Notes under the pieces: model-generated | The model's database searches: none | The model's input: the letters and a program-made list of their open reading frames with translations, nothing else | What the model was told of the DNA's origin: nothing | Source of the DNA: an uncultured Rhodospirillaceae bacterium | GTDB lineage: Bacteria > Pseudomonadota > Alphaproteobacteria > JAEULC01 | Assembly: GCA_964557415.1 (NCBI GenBank) | Contig: CAZLBB010000002.1 | Coordinates: 25,645 to 89,644 of the forward strand | Length of the DNA: 64,000 bases | Direction of reading: 5' to 3' | Made by a program: the position numbers and the translations under genes | Part shown: positions 9,688 to 19,374 of the stretch, one piece after another | Layout of the letters: each line of letters starts with the position of its first letter | Numbering within the stretch: position 1 is the stretch's first letter

Positions 9688-11333
9688 ATGCCGATGTCCT
9701 GGTGATCGGGTCCGGCGCGGCCGGGCTCGCCTGCGCGCTGGTGGCCGCGGTCGGCGGCCTCAAGGTCACCGTCATCGAGAAGTCGCGTTACGTCGGCGGC
9801 ACGTCGGCGATGTCGGGCGCCTGCACCTGGGTGCCGGCCAATCACCACATGGCCGCGCTTGGCGAGGCCGACTCGGTCGAGGAGGCGCTGACTTACATCC
9901 GCGCCGTGTCGCCGCCGGGCTGGCGGGAGACGGAGGACGCGCTGTGGCAGGCCTTCGTGCGCCACGCGCCGGACATGCTCCGCTTCGTCGAGGCGAAGAC
10001 GCCCCTCCGGTTCGCCGTCGGCCTGGAGCCCGATCCCTATGCCGAGGCGCCCGGCGGCAAGAAGCGCGGGCGCTGCGTCTCGCCTCGCCCCCTGCCGATG
10101 CGCGTCGCCGGCCCCTTCGCCGGCCGCATCCGCCCGTCGACCATGATGCAGAGCTTCAACTACGACGACCTGGCCGACCACCATGCGGCCGCGCAACCCT
10201 GGCCGGTGCTGCGGCGCTTCGGCCCGCGCGCGCTCTGGAACAAGCTGAGCGGACGGCGTTCGATGGGCGGCGCGCTGATCGCGGGCCTGGTGCGCGGCTG
10301 CCTCGACCACGGCGTGGAGCTCAGGCTCGAGACGCCGGCGCGCGGCCTGGTCGTCGAGGACGGGCGCGTCGTCGGCGCGCGCGTTGATCCGCGCGCGCAT
10401 CCATTTGAGTCCGGCGCCGAGGTCGAGAGCGAAGGCCGGACCGAGACCTTGCGCGCGCGCCGCGGCGTCCTGCTGGCGACCGGCGGCTTCGAGTGGAACC
10501 CCGAGCTGATGGCCCGCTACCTGCCCGGTCCGGTCGAGCTGACGGCCTCGCCGAGCACCAACACCGGCGACGGCCAGTTGATGGCCGCGGCGGTCGGCGC
10601 CGCGCTCGCGCACATGGACCAGGCGCTGATCCATCCGGTGAAGGCGGCGACCTATGAAGGCCGGCCGGCCGGCGCGCCGAGCTCGGACCTCAAGCTGCCG
10701 CACATCATGCTGGTGAACCGGCACGGCAAGCGCTTCGTCAACGAGGTGCAGGTGAACATCGGCCTCGCCTTCGCCGAGCGCGATCCGGCCACCGGGCACC
10801 CGGTCAATTTGCCGGCCTGGCGCATCTTCGACCGGCAATACGTGCGCAAGTATCCGCGCGTCCTGCCACTGAGCCGTGTGCCGCCCGGCTTCTACACCGC
10901 CGGCAGCCTGGCCGAGCTGGCGCGGCTGATCGGCGTCGACGCGGCCGGCCTCGAGGAAAGCGCGCGCCGCATGAACGAGTTCGCGCGCGCCGGCCGGGAC
11001 GAGGATTTCGGCCGCGGCAGCCACTATTGGGACGTGACCACCATCGGCGATCCGAGGCACGGCCCCTGTCCCGTGCTCGGCACGATCGAAACGCCGCCCT
11101 TCCACGCCATCCCGTATCATGCCGCCTATCTCGGCACGAAGGGCGGCCCCAGGACCAACGAGCACGGCCAGGTGCTGCGGCCGGACGGCAGCCGCATCGC
11201 CGGGCTCTACGCCGCGGGCAACGCCATGGCGAACCCGATCGGCTCCAAGGGCGTCGGCACCGGCACGACGATCGGCCCGTGCCTTACCTGGGGCTATATC
11301 TGCGGCTTGAGCATGCTGCGCGAGAACGCGTAG
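9633..11333 (+). CDS. FAD-dependent oxidoreductase, KstD/fumarate-reductase flavoprotein-like
   Basis: DVLVIGSGAAG dinucleotide fold, GGTSAMSGA, LATGGFEWN, GTKGG...GLYAAGN; start uncertain because it lies inside the repeat element. Confidence 0.85.
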   Translation: MPELSSSSLTSAICPLTSDADVLVIGSGAAGLACALVAAVGGLKVTVIEKSRYVGGTSAMSGACTWVPANHHMAALGEADSVEEALTYIRAVSPPGWRETEDALWQAFVRHAPDMLRFVEAKTPLRFAVGLEPDPYAEAPGGKKRGRCVSPRPLPMRVAGPFAGRIRPSTMMQSFNYDDLADHHAAAQPWPVLRRFGPRALWNKLSGRRSMGGALIAGLVRGCLDHGVELRLETPARGLVVEDGRVVGARVDPRAHPFESGAEVESEGRTETLRARRGVLLATGGFEWNPELMARYLPGPVELTASPSTNTGDGQLMAAAVGAALAHMDQALIHPVKAATYEGRPAGAPSSDLKLPHIMLVNRHGKRFVNEVQVNIGLAFAERDPATGHPVNLPAWRIFDRQYVRKYPRVLPLSRVPPGFYTAGSLAELARLIGVDAAGLEESARRMNEFARAGRDEDFGRGSHYWDVTTIGDPRHGPCPVLGTIETPPFHAIPYHAAYLGTKGGPRTNEHGQVLRPDGSRIAGLYAAGNAMANPIGSKGVGTGTTIGPCLTWGYICGLSMLRENA

Positions 11334-11480
11334 CGCAGGGATCGGGCCGCGCCCGCCTTGCCGGGCGCGCTGCTGCCGAACGTCGCCGCCCTTCGTCCGC
11401 ACGCCGTGGCCGCGATGTCACGGCGGCGACCGCATCAATCCGGAAATGCGCTCATTAACCTGTGATCGCGGATGACGACT

Positions 11481-11509
11481 TTGACATGCAATCGTCGCGG
11501 TCCTACCTT
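11481..11509 (+). promoter_or_regulatory. Putative sigma70 promoter of the TRAP operon
   Basis: TTGACA (11481-11486), 17-nt spacer, TACCTT (11504-11509). Confidence 0.6.
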
Positions 11510-11584
11510 CGGGCGACCCTCGTCGTGCTTGGGGGCAATGAATTGCGCCACAACAAGCGGCGCGCCTTAGGGAGGATTAACGTC

Positions 11585-12703
11585 ATGCGCAGTCGTTCTG
11601 TGATCCTGTCCGCTTTGGCGGCGGCCAGCCTTTTGCTGACCGCCCCGTGCCCGGTGGAGGCGCAGACCGCGCCGAAGCCGATCGTTCTCAAGGGCCAGTC
11701 CTCGCATCCGGCGGCGGCCAACCTGCACCTCATCTTCAAGATGTGGGCGGAGACGACCGAGCGGATGTCGGGCGGCCGGCTGAAGATCGAGACCCTGCCC
11801 GCCGGCGCCATCGTCCCGGCGTTCGAGGTCTTCGACGCGACCTCGCGCGGCGTGCTCGACGTCGGCATGGCGCCGTTCGGCTACATCCTCGGCAAGAGCC
11901 TGGTCGGCATCCCGCTGTCGCACGGGCCGCTGTTCGGCATGGACGGCATCGACTATTTCGGCTGGTACTATGACGGCGGCGGCATGGCGCTGCTGGAGGA
12001 GTTCTACCGCGACGTCATCAAGCTGAACCTCGTCGCCTTCCCGATCCCGACCGACTACCCGCAGGGCATGGGCTGGTTCAAGAAGCCGATCAAGAGCCTG
12101 GCCGACCTCAAGGGCATGAAGTACCGCATCTACGGCATCGGCGCCGAGACCTATGGCCGTCTCGGCGTGTCGGTCGTGACCCTGCCCGGCGGCGAGATCG
12201 TGCCGGCGCTGGAACGCGGCGTGATCGAAGGCGCCGAGTGGATCAACTGCCTCGAGGACAAGAAGCTCGGCCTGCACAACGTCGCCAAGCACTACTACAC
12301 GCCGGGCATGCACGAGCCCGTCACCGGCGGCCAGCTGATGTTCAACAAGTCCGTGTGGGCCAAGCTCACGCCCGACCTGCAGGAGATCGTCAAGGTCGCC
12401 AGCGTCTTCGCGACGACGCAGCGCAACGCCATGTTCGTGCGCGAGACGGCGGAAGCCTGCCAGGATTTGATCAAGGGCGGCACCCAGCTGCACCGCACGC
12501 CGGACGAGATCTTGAAGAACTTCCTCGACGAGTGGGAGAAGATCCAGGCCGAGTACGCGGCGAAGGACCCGTTCTACAAGAAGGTCATCGACAGCCAGAA
12601 GAAGTACGCCGAGCTGGTCGTGCCGTTCCGCATGTCGTGGTATCCGCCCTACGACTTCGCGGGCAAGTACTACTGGAAAGACAAGATCTACCTCAGCGAG
12701 TAG
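11585..12703 (+). CDS. dctP: TRAP transporter substrate-binding protein (DctP/TakP-like)
   Basis: GGAGG RBS, signal peptide, MSGGRLKIE, LKGMKYRI, EIVPALERGVIEGAEW, YYTPGMHEP. Confidence 0.9.
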   Translation: MRSRSVILSALAAASLLLTAPCPVEAQTAPKPIVLKGQSSHPAAANLHLIFKMWAETTERMSGGRLKIETLPAGAIVPAFEVFDATSRGVLDVGMAPFGYILGKSLVGIPLSHGPLFGMDGIDYFGWYYDGGGMALLEEFYRDVIKLNLVAFPIPTDYPQGMGWFKKPIKSLADLKGMKYRIYGIGAETYGRLGVSVVTLPGGEIVPALERGVIEGAEWINCLEDKKLGLHNVAKHYYTPGMHEPVTGGQLMFNKSVWAKLTPDLQEIVKVASVFATTQRNAMFVRETAEACQDLIKGGTQLHRTPDEILKNFLDEWEKIQAEYAAKDPFYKKVIDSQKKYAELVVPFRMSWYPPYDFAGKYYWKDKIYLSE

Positions 12704-12804
12704 ACGCGGCACCGACTTCCGCGGTGCGCCCGCCCTCGCGGCAGGCGCATCGCGGGCGCGGGTGCGCGTAACGCACCCGGTCGCTCTGGAGGGGAGGAGC
12801 GGAC

Positions 12805-13362
12805 GTGGCTGATCCGATACCGCGCGGCGTGGCCGGCGACATGCCGCCGCCGGCGCTGGTAGGGTTCGTGCGTGGCATCGACACCGTCGCCATCTGGAGC
12901 GGGCGCCTCTTCTGCTGGCTTGCCATCCCGCTCGTCCTCGGCCTGACCTACGAGGTCATCGCGCGGTATCTGTTCCACGCGCCCACGATCTGGGCCTTCG
13001 ACGTCACCTACATGCTGTATGGCAGCCACTTCATGCTGGGCGCCGCCTACACGCTCTACAGGGGCGGGCATATCCGCACCGACATCTTCTATCAGAACTG
13101 GTCGGTCCGCACGCGCGGCCTCGTCGACGCGGGACTTTATCTGTTCTTCTTCTTCCCCGGCATGATCTTCTTCTTCTGGATGGGCCTGCAAGAAGCGCTG
13201 CACGCGATCGACATCCGCGAGGTCTCCGACCAGAGCCCCTGGCGGCCGCCGCTCTACCCCTTCAAGACCGTAATTCCTATCGCAGCAGCCCTGCTCATGG
13301 TGCAAGGCACCTCGGAGTTCCTGAAAGCCGCCTATGCCGCGATGAAGGGCCGTCCTCTATGA
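12805..13362 (+). CDS. dctQ: TRAP transporter small permease
   Basis: Four-TM pattern, YEVIARYLFHAPTIWAFD, GHIRTDIFY. Confidence 0.9.
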   Translation: MADPIPRGVAGDMPPPALVGFVRGIDTVAIWSGRLFCWLAIPLVLGLTYEVIARYLFHAPTIWAFDVTYMLYGSHFMLGAAYTLYRGGHIRTDIFYQNWSVRTRGLVDAGLYLFFFFPGMIFFFWMGLQEALHAIDIREVSDQSPWRPPLYPFKTVIPIAAALLMVQGTSEFLKAAYAAMKGRPL

Positions 13363-14678
13363 GCGGCGAAATTCTGGGACTCGTTCTGCTCGGCGCCCTG
13401 CTGATCGGCATTTTCGCCGGGTTCCCGATCGCCTTCACTCTGATCGTCCTGTCGGTGGTCTTCGGCTATATCGGCATGGGCGAGACGGTCTTTTATCTGA
13501 TGGTGTTTCAGACCATCGGGTTGATGAAGGAGGAGACGCTTGCGGCTGTGCCCCTGTTCATCTTCATGGGGCATGTGCTGGAACAATCCGGGCTGATGGA
13601 GCGACTGTTCAAGTCGTTCCAGCTGATCCTCGCGCCGGTGCGCGGCTCGCTCTATCTCGGCGTGCTGCTGACGGCCACTCTCTTCGCCACGGCCACCGGG
13701 ATCATCGGCGCCTCGGTGACCGTCATGGGCATGATGGCGGCGCCGGCGATGATCAGGGCCGGCTACGACGCCAAGCTGTCGGCCGGCACGATCGCGGCCG
13801 GCGGCACGCTGGGCATCCTGATCCCGCCGAGCGTGATGCTGGTCGTGATGGGCCCGATCGTCGGCGTATCGATCATCAAGCTGTTCGCCGCGGCGCTGAT
13901 GCCCGGCCTGCTGCTGGCATGTCTCTATATCGGATACACGATGATCCGCAGCAATCTCGACCCGACACTCGGTCCGCCGCTGCCGCGCGACCAGTGGGCT
14001 ACGTCGGTCGGCCAAATGGTGCGGGAGTTCCTGTCGGGCATCGTGCCGATGGCGACGATCATGTTCGCCGCCCTCGGCAGCATCATCTTCGGCCTGGCGA
14101 CGCCGACCGAGGCGGCCGCCATGGGCGCAAGCGGCGCGCTGCTGCTGATGATCTTCTACGGACGGTTCTCGTTCCGCGCGATCCGAGACGCGTGCCTCAA
14201 CACGCTCGAGACATCCAGCCTGGTGCTGTTCCTGGCGGTCGCCTCGAACATCTACGGGTCGGTGTTTACGCGCCTCGGCACCAGCACGATGATCGCAGAC
14301 GCCATGCTGGCGCTCGACCTGCCGGTCACCGCCATGCTGATCGTGCTGATGGGCGTGATCTTCCTGCTGGGCTGGCCGCTGGAATGGCCGGCGATCATCT
14401 TCATCTTCCTGCCGATCTTCCTGCCGGTCGTGGAGGCCTTGAAAGTCGACCTGCTCTGGTTCAGTACGCTGGTCGCAGTCAACCTGCAGACGGCGTTCCT
14501 GTCGCCGCCGGTCGCCATGGCCGCCTACTACCTGAAGGCGGTCGCGCCCAAATGGGAACTCTCCAGCATCTATCGCGGCATGGTCGACTTCATGATCCTG
14601 CAGATGATCGGCTTGGCGATCGTGTTCTTCTATCCGCCGATCGCGCTCTGGCTGCCGACGGTGCTGTTCGGGAAGTAA
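13359..14678 (+). CDS. dctM: TRAP transporter large permease
   Basis: LAAVPLFIFMG, GTLGILIPPS, ATPTEAA, FLSPP; overlaps dctQ stop. Confidence 0.92.
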   Translation: MSGEILGLVLLGALLIGIFAGFPIAFTLIVLSVVFGYIGMGETVFYLMVFQTIGLMKEETLAAVPLFIFMGHVLEQSGLMERLFKSFQLILAPVRGSLYLGVLLTATLFATATGIIGASVTVMGMMAAPAMIRAGYDAKLSAGTIAAGGTLGILIPPSVMLVVMGPIVGVSIIKLFAAALMPGLLLACLYIGYTMIRSNLDPTLGPPLPRDQWATSVGQMVREFLSGIVPMATIMFAALGSIIFGLATPTEAAAMGASGALLLMIFYGRFSFRAIRDACLNTLETSSLVLFLAVASNIYGSVFTRLGTSTMIADAMLALDLPVTAMLIVLMGVIFLLGWPLEWPAIIFIFLPIFLPVVEALKVDLLWFSTLVAVNLQTAFLSPPVAMAAYYLKAVAPKWELSSIYRGMVDFMILQMIGLAIVFFYPPIALWLPTVLFGK

Positions 14679-14870
14679 GGCGAGGGGAGCGCCGGCAGGC
14701 CAAGGCTGGCGCTCCTCCATGCCAAAGCTGTCGCGCTCGCCCGTTTCGAGAATCCGCGCTTGAAAGGCACCGCAGGGCCGCTTTCCTATGTTGGGGGCGC
14801 AAGCCTGGATGTCGAGCGTCCATGAAGCCACGATGTGGACGGCGGCGCGCAGAATGGGAACGAGTGCAGC

Positions 14871-15722
14871 ATGAAACTGGCGAGCTACACGCTATCGGGC
14901 GGTGCCTCCTACGGCGTAGTGGAAGGCGACGGCGTGATCGACATCGGACGGCGGCTCGGCGCGCGAGCGTCCAGCCTGCGCGCGGCGATCGCGGCCGACG
15001 CCCTCGCAGAGATCGCCGACATGGCGCGCGGCGCGAAGACGGACTACGCGCTGGCTGAGGTCAAGCTGCTGCCGCCCTTGCCCGACGCCGGCAAGCTGAT
15101 CTGCGTCGGCCGCAACTACAAGGCCCATGTCGGCGAGATCGCCGGCGCGCCGCTGCCCAGGTTCCCGCGCCTGTTCGTGCGCTTCAACGACACCGTGGTC
15201 GGTCACGACAGCCCGATCACGCTGTCGAAGCTGTCGTCGCATTACGACTACGAGGGCGAGCTGGCGCTGGTGATCGGCAAGCACGGCCGCCACATTCCGC
15301 GGGAACGCGCGCTCGAGCATGTCTGCGGCTATTCCTGCTTCAACGAGGCCTGCTTTCGCGACTTCCAGTTCGAGCACTCGCTGACCGCCGGCAAGAACTT
15401 CGCCGCCAGCGGCTCGTTCGGTCCCTGGCTGGTCACCGCGGACGAGATTCCCGACCCGACGCAGCTCGAACTCCGTACGCGGCTCAACGGCGTCGAGATG
15501 CAGCACGCCAGAACCGACGGGATGATATTCGACATCCCCTACATCCTCGCCTACGTGTCCGGCTTCACGCCGCTCAGCCCCGGCGACGTGATCGTCACCG
15601 GCACGCCCGAAGGCGTCGGCTTCGTCCGCAAACCGCCCTTGTGGATGAAGGGAGGCGACACGGTCGAGGTGGAGATCTCTACGATCGGCGTGCTGCGGAA
15701 CAAGGTCGTGGCGGAGACGTGA
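14871..15722 (+). CDS. Fumarylacetoacetate hydrolase family protein
   Basis: CVGRNY, YDYEGELALVIG, GKNF, PGDVIVTGTPEGVG. Confidence 0.92.
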   Translation: MKLASYTLSGGASYGVVEGDGVIDIGRRLGARASSLRAAIAADALAEIADMARGAKTDYALAEVKLLPPLPDAGKLICVGRNYKAHVGEIAGAPLPRFPRLFVRFNDTVVGHDSPITLSKLSSHYDYEGELALVIGKHGRHIPRERALEHVCGYSCFNEACFRDFQFEHSLTAGKNFAASGSFGPWLVTADEIPDPTQLELRTRLNGVEMQHARTDGMIFDIPYILAYVSGFTPLSPGDVIVTGTPEGVGFVRKPPLWMKGGDTVEVEISTIGVLRNKVVAET

Positions 15723-15724
15723 CC

Positions 15725-16513
15725 ATGTCCCTGCCCTCCCCCCTGTTCGATCCCGCGCGCGAGGCGGCCCTGGTGACCGGCGCGGGCAACGGCATCGGCC
15801 GCGCCATCGCCAAGGCCCTGGTCGGCGAAGGTGTCAGGACCGTGTTCGCCGATCTGCACCAGGATGCCGTGGCCGCCGCGATTGCCGCTTCACCCCGGCC
15901 GGAGCTGGCCGTGCCCTGGGTCGGCGACCTGGCACGTCGCGACGCATACGACGCGCTGGCAGCCGATGCGCGTTCCGCCCTCGGCCGGGTGACCCATTTC
16001 GTCCATAGCGCCGCGCCGCCGAGACGGGAGGCCGACCACGCGCTGGCGGTGACAGACGAGAGCTGGGAGCGGATGCGCGCGGTCAATGTCGATGCCGGTT
16101 TCCATCTCGCCCGCGAGCTCGCGCGCCCGCTGATCGCCGCCCGCGAGCCCGGCTCGTTCCTGATGGTCACATCGCTGCACGCCGCGACGCCGCGCAACCT
16201 GCCGCACTACAGCACCGCCAAGGCGGCGCTGACGATGCTGGTGAAGGAGCTGGCGAAGACGCTGGGGCGCTTCGGAATCAGGGTCAACGCGCTGGTACCC
16301 GGCGCCATCGCCGGCGGCGGCTTCGTCGCCAATCCGGTGCTGGCACGGCATGTCCCGCTGGGCCGGCTCGGGCAGCCGGAAGACCTGGCGCCCATGGCCC
16401 TGGCCGTGCTGTCGAACCGCGTGTCGGCCTATGTGACCGGCGCCGAGATCGTCGTCGACGGCGGCATATCGCTGACCAACTGGTTCGATCCGCCGGCGCT
16501 CGATGGCTTGTGA
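15725..16513 (+). CDS. Short-chain dehydrogenase/reductase
   Basis: TGAGNGIG, YSTAK catalytic motif, VNALVPG, VDGG. Confidence 0.88.
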   Translation: MSLPSPLFDPAREAALVTGAGNGIGRAIAKALVGEGVRTVFADLHQDAVAAAIAASPRPELAVPWVGDLARRDAYDALAADARSALGRVTHFVHSAAPPRREADHALAVTDESWERMRAVNVDAGFHLARELARPLIAAREPGSFLMVTSLHAATPRNLPHYSTAKAALTMLVKELAKTLGRFGIRVNALVPGAIAGGGFVANPVLARHVPLGRLGQPEDLAPMALAVLSNRVSAYVTGAEIVVDGGISLTNWFDPPALDGL

Positions 16514-16527
16514 GCCGGATGCCCTCG

Positions 16528-16542
16528 CCCGCCGCAGGCGGG
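16528..16542. terminator. Hairpin between the SDR stop and the displaced mfd 3' fragment (probable pre-insertion convergent terminator)
   Basis: CCCGCC-GCA-GGCGGG stem-loop between two convergent stop codons; weak U-tract. Confidence 0.4.
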
Positions 16543-16552
16543 AAAGGACAAG

Positions 16553-16683
16553 ACTCACGCCGCAAGCTGCTTCAGCTCCCCCAGCAGCGTCGCCAGGCCC
16601 TTGAGGCGCGTCGGCGCCTCTTCCCAGTCGCGCTGGAAGACCACGCGCTGGTCGGGGCGGATCTTGGTCGTCGTGGCGTTGCG
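16553..16683 (-). repeat. 131-bp copy of the mfd 3' end including stop codon (att-like left junction)
   Basis: Identical by eye to 22793-22923 (ACTCACGCCGCAAGC...GTGGCGTTGCG), offset 6240 bp. Confidence 0.95.
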
Positions 16684-16708
16684 AGTTACGCCTGCGATCG
16701 GTCGCCTA

Positions 16709-17743
16709 TCACAGGGCGTGTGATCGCGAAGCGCCCGCGGCTCGTGGCAGTCTCAAACGACGAGAAGCACGCAACTTCCTTGTGTGGGACTTGCGGGCCG
16801 CCAACCGAGATTCATCGTGTCCGTTGAGGGACGTCCGCCTTTTCTTGATCTCTCGCTGCACCCAGTCGAAAAACGTCTGTGCGGCCGGTGACAGGGTGCT
16901 GGACGACGGAACGCAAAGAAAGAACGCGCGACGCTTCGTTGCACGCCGGCGAAACAGCGGTACCAGCGAGCCTTTCCACAGCAGTTGGCTGATTGCCGGC
17001 GGGCCCATTAGGGCGATTCCGAGTCCGTCCAGAGCGGCCTGAACCAAGTTGGTATAGGCGTTCACACGAATGCCACGCAACGGCTCGTCCAAGAAGATGC
17101 CCTGCTTCTTGAACCATACCTCCCATCTCGTATCGGGATCATATCGTCCCTCCAGATGCACCAGTCGGTGCAGCAACAGGTCCTTCGGCGATCTGGGTAC
17201 AGATGTACTGCGCAGATACGCCGGTGAGCACACGGGGAAGATACGCTCACGTACGAGGAACTTCGATTTGACACCAGGCCAGGATCCATCGCCGTAGCGG
17301 ATGGCAATGTCGACGCCGTCATTCGTGAGATCGAGGTACGAGTCCGACACTAGCAATTGAAGGTCGATGTCGCTGTGCAGCCGGCGAAACGTACCTATGC
17401 GCGGCAGTAACCAGTAGGTGGCAAAGCCGGTGGATGTGGTTACGGTCACGCGGTTCCGAGCATATGGGTTTCTTACCTTCTGCACGCCCTCGCGAATGCG
17501 ATCTAGGCCCCCGGCCACAGCCTCCACCAGCGTCTCTCCTTCCCGTGTGAGGCGTAGTGAACGGTGCTTGCGAACGAATAGCGCTACCTGCAGGAATTCT
17601 TCCAGCAGTTTGATCTGCTGGCTGACGGCCACACGCGAGACATTGAGCTCGGTCGCTGCGACGGTAAAGCTCAGGTGACGCGCAGCGACACCGAAGGTAG
17701 CGAGTGCCTTAAGCGGCAACGACCTTGGTGGCTGCCATCGCAT
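16709..17743 (-). CDS. LysR-family regulator, GcvA-like
   Basis: LKALATFGVAARHLSFTVAATELNVSRVAVSQQIKLLE helix-turn-helix; divergent from mttB-like gene. Confidence 0.9.
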   Translation of the reverse strand: MRWQPPRSLPLKALATFGVAARHLSFTVAATELNVSRVAVSQQIKLLEEFLQVALFVRKHRSLRLTREGETLVEAVAGGLDRIREGVQKVRNPYARNRVTVTTSTGFATYWLLPRIGTFRRLHSDIDLQLLVSDSYLDLTNDGVDIAIRYGDGSWPGVKSKFLVRERIFPVCSPAYLRSTSVPRSPKDLLLHRLVHLEGRYDPDTRWEVWFKKQGIFLDEPLRGIRVNAYTNLVQAALDGLGIALMGPPAISQLLWKGSLVPLFRRRATKRRAFFLCVPSSSTLSPAAQTFFDWVQREIKKRRTSLNGHDESRLAARKSHTRKLRASRRLRLPRAAGASRSHAL

Positions 17744-17844
17744 AAAGATATTCTTAACCTATGTCGTCACTTTTAAGCAAGTTGCCATGCGTGACACCGC
17801 TGCGTACGGTCCGCGAAAGTCGGAAATGCTCGCGGAGGAACCGT

Positions 17845-19374
17845 ATGTCGAGACGGGGCGCGGACACGGCGCAGGCGCGAGCGCAGCGGCGGCGAATTGC
17901 GGGCCGCGTTTCTGCCACTACCAATCGATTTTGGCGCACCATCCCCGCGTATGACCTGCTCGACGATGGGGCCGTCGACGCCATCCATGCCACGTCTCTG
18001 CGCATCCTAGAAAAAATCGGCATCGACTTCCGTGAGCCACAGGCGTTGGAGGACTGGCGCAATGCCGGAGCCATCGTCGACGGGCAGCGCGTGCGCATTC
18101 CGTCCTCCCTGCTGATGGCACTTGTCGGCCAGGCGCCGGCCGAATACGTGCAGCATGCCCGAAACCCAGAGCGTAGTGTTCGCATCGGCGGACCGCATAT
18201 GGCTTTCGCGCCCATCTACGGATCGCCCTACGTCCGCGACTTGACTGGCGAGCGCCGCTATGCGCGCCTCGAGGACTTCGAGAACTTCGTAAGGCTGGCC
18301 CACATGACGCCGGCGTTGAACATGTCGGGCGGTACCGTCTGCGAACCGACGGATGTTCCCGTTCCGAAACGGCATCTCGACATGCTGTACGCGCATATCC
18401 GGCTGACCGACAAGCCCTTCATGGGATCGGTCACGTCCGAGACGCGGGCGCAGGATTGCGTCGATATGTGCCGTATTGTCTTTGGCGACGAGTTCATCAA
18501 CCACAACACGGTGATGACCTCGCTCATCAATTGCAACTCGCCGCTGGTGTGGGACGCGAGCATGATCACGGTCATGCGAGTTTATGCGGCGAACAACCAA
18601 GCATGCCTGATTTCACCGTTCATCATGCAGGGAGCGAACACCCCAACCACGACGGCTGGCGCCATGGCGCAGCTGAACGCAGAAGGACTGGCCGGCGTCG
18701 CCTACACGCAGTTGGTGCGGCCCGGCGCCCCGGTCGTATATGGCGCCACACTGTCCACCGTGTCGATGCAATCCGGCGCGCCGATGTACGGCACAACCGA
18801 AACGCAACTGCTTATGTTTGCCACGGCCCAACTGGCACGGCGCTACCGAATCCCCATGCGAACCGGCGGGATGCGCAATGGCGCCAAGAACTGCGATGCG
18901 CAATCCGCGTTCGAATCCATCCAGACAATGCTTCCGGCGATGCTTGCCGGCGGTAATCTTTTCCTGCACTCGGCCGGCTGGCTCGAAAGCGGGCTGTCTG
19001 CCTGTTTCGCGAAATTCATGATGGATGTCGACCAGTTGACAATCCTTCAACGCATGATGGGTGGGCTCGAAATCAGCGAGGACAGCCTTGCCTTCGACGC
19101 GATCGCCGGCGTCGGCCCTGGCGGGCATTTTTTCGGTTCGGAGCACACGCTGCGCCACTATGAGGATGCCTTCTACGTGCCGGAGACGCCCGACAACAAC
19201 ACCTACGAGCAGTGGCTCGAAGACGGTGGGAAGGATATGCGCGATCGAGCGCTCGATCTCGCCAAGCGGAAATTGCAGGAATACGAACAGCCGCCCCTTG
19301 ACCCGGAGATCGATGCGCGCCTTGCTTCTTTCATTGCCCAGCGAAAGGCGGAACTGCCCGACGATGTCCGTTGA
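17845..19374 (+). CDS. Trimethylamine methyltransferase (MttB) family protein, non-pyrrolysine; probable glycine betaine:corrinoid methyltransferase
   Basis: GGAGG RBS; INCNSPLVWD, QLVRPGAPVVYG, HSAGWLESG, VGPGGHFFGSEHT motifs; no in-frame TAG. Confidence 0.88.
   Translation: MSRRGADTAQARAQRRRIAGRVSATTNRFWRTIPAYDLLDDGAVDAIHATSLRILEKIGIDFREPQALEDWRNAGAIVDGQRVRIPSSLLMALVGQAPAEYVQHARNPERSVRIGGPHMAFAPIYGSPYVRDLTGERRYARLEDFENFVRLAHMTPALNMSGGTVCEPTDVPVPKRHLDMLYAHIRLTDKPFMGSVTSETRAQDCVDMCRIVFGDEFINHNTVMTSLINCNSPLVWDASMITVMRVYAANNQACLISPFIMQGANTPTTTAGAMAQLNAEGLAGVAYTQLVRPGAPVVYGATLSTVSMQSGAPMYGTTETQLLMFATAQLARRYRIPMRTGGMRNGAKNCDAQSAFESIQTMLPAMLAGGNLFLHSAGWLESGLSACFAKFMMDVDQLTILQRMMGGLEISEDSLAFDAIAGVGPGGHFFGSEHTLRHYEDAFYVPETPDNNTYEQWLEDGGKDMRDRALDLAKRKLQEYEQPPLDPEIDARLASFIAQRKAELPDDVR

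Noticed and set aside
17845-19374. Possible pyrrolysine recoding in the MttB-family gene
   Set aside because: The frame is continuous with no internal TAG, and no pyl genes are present.
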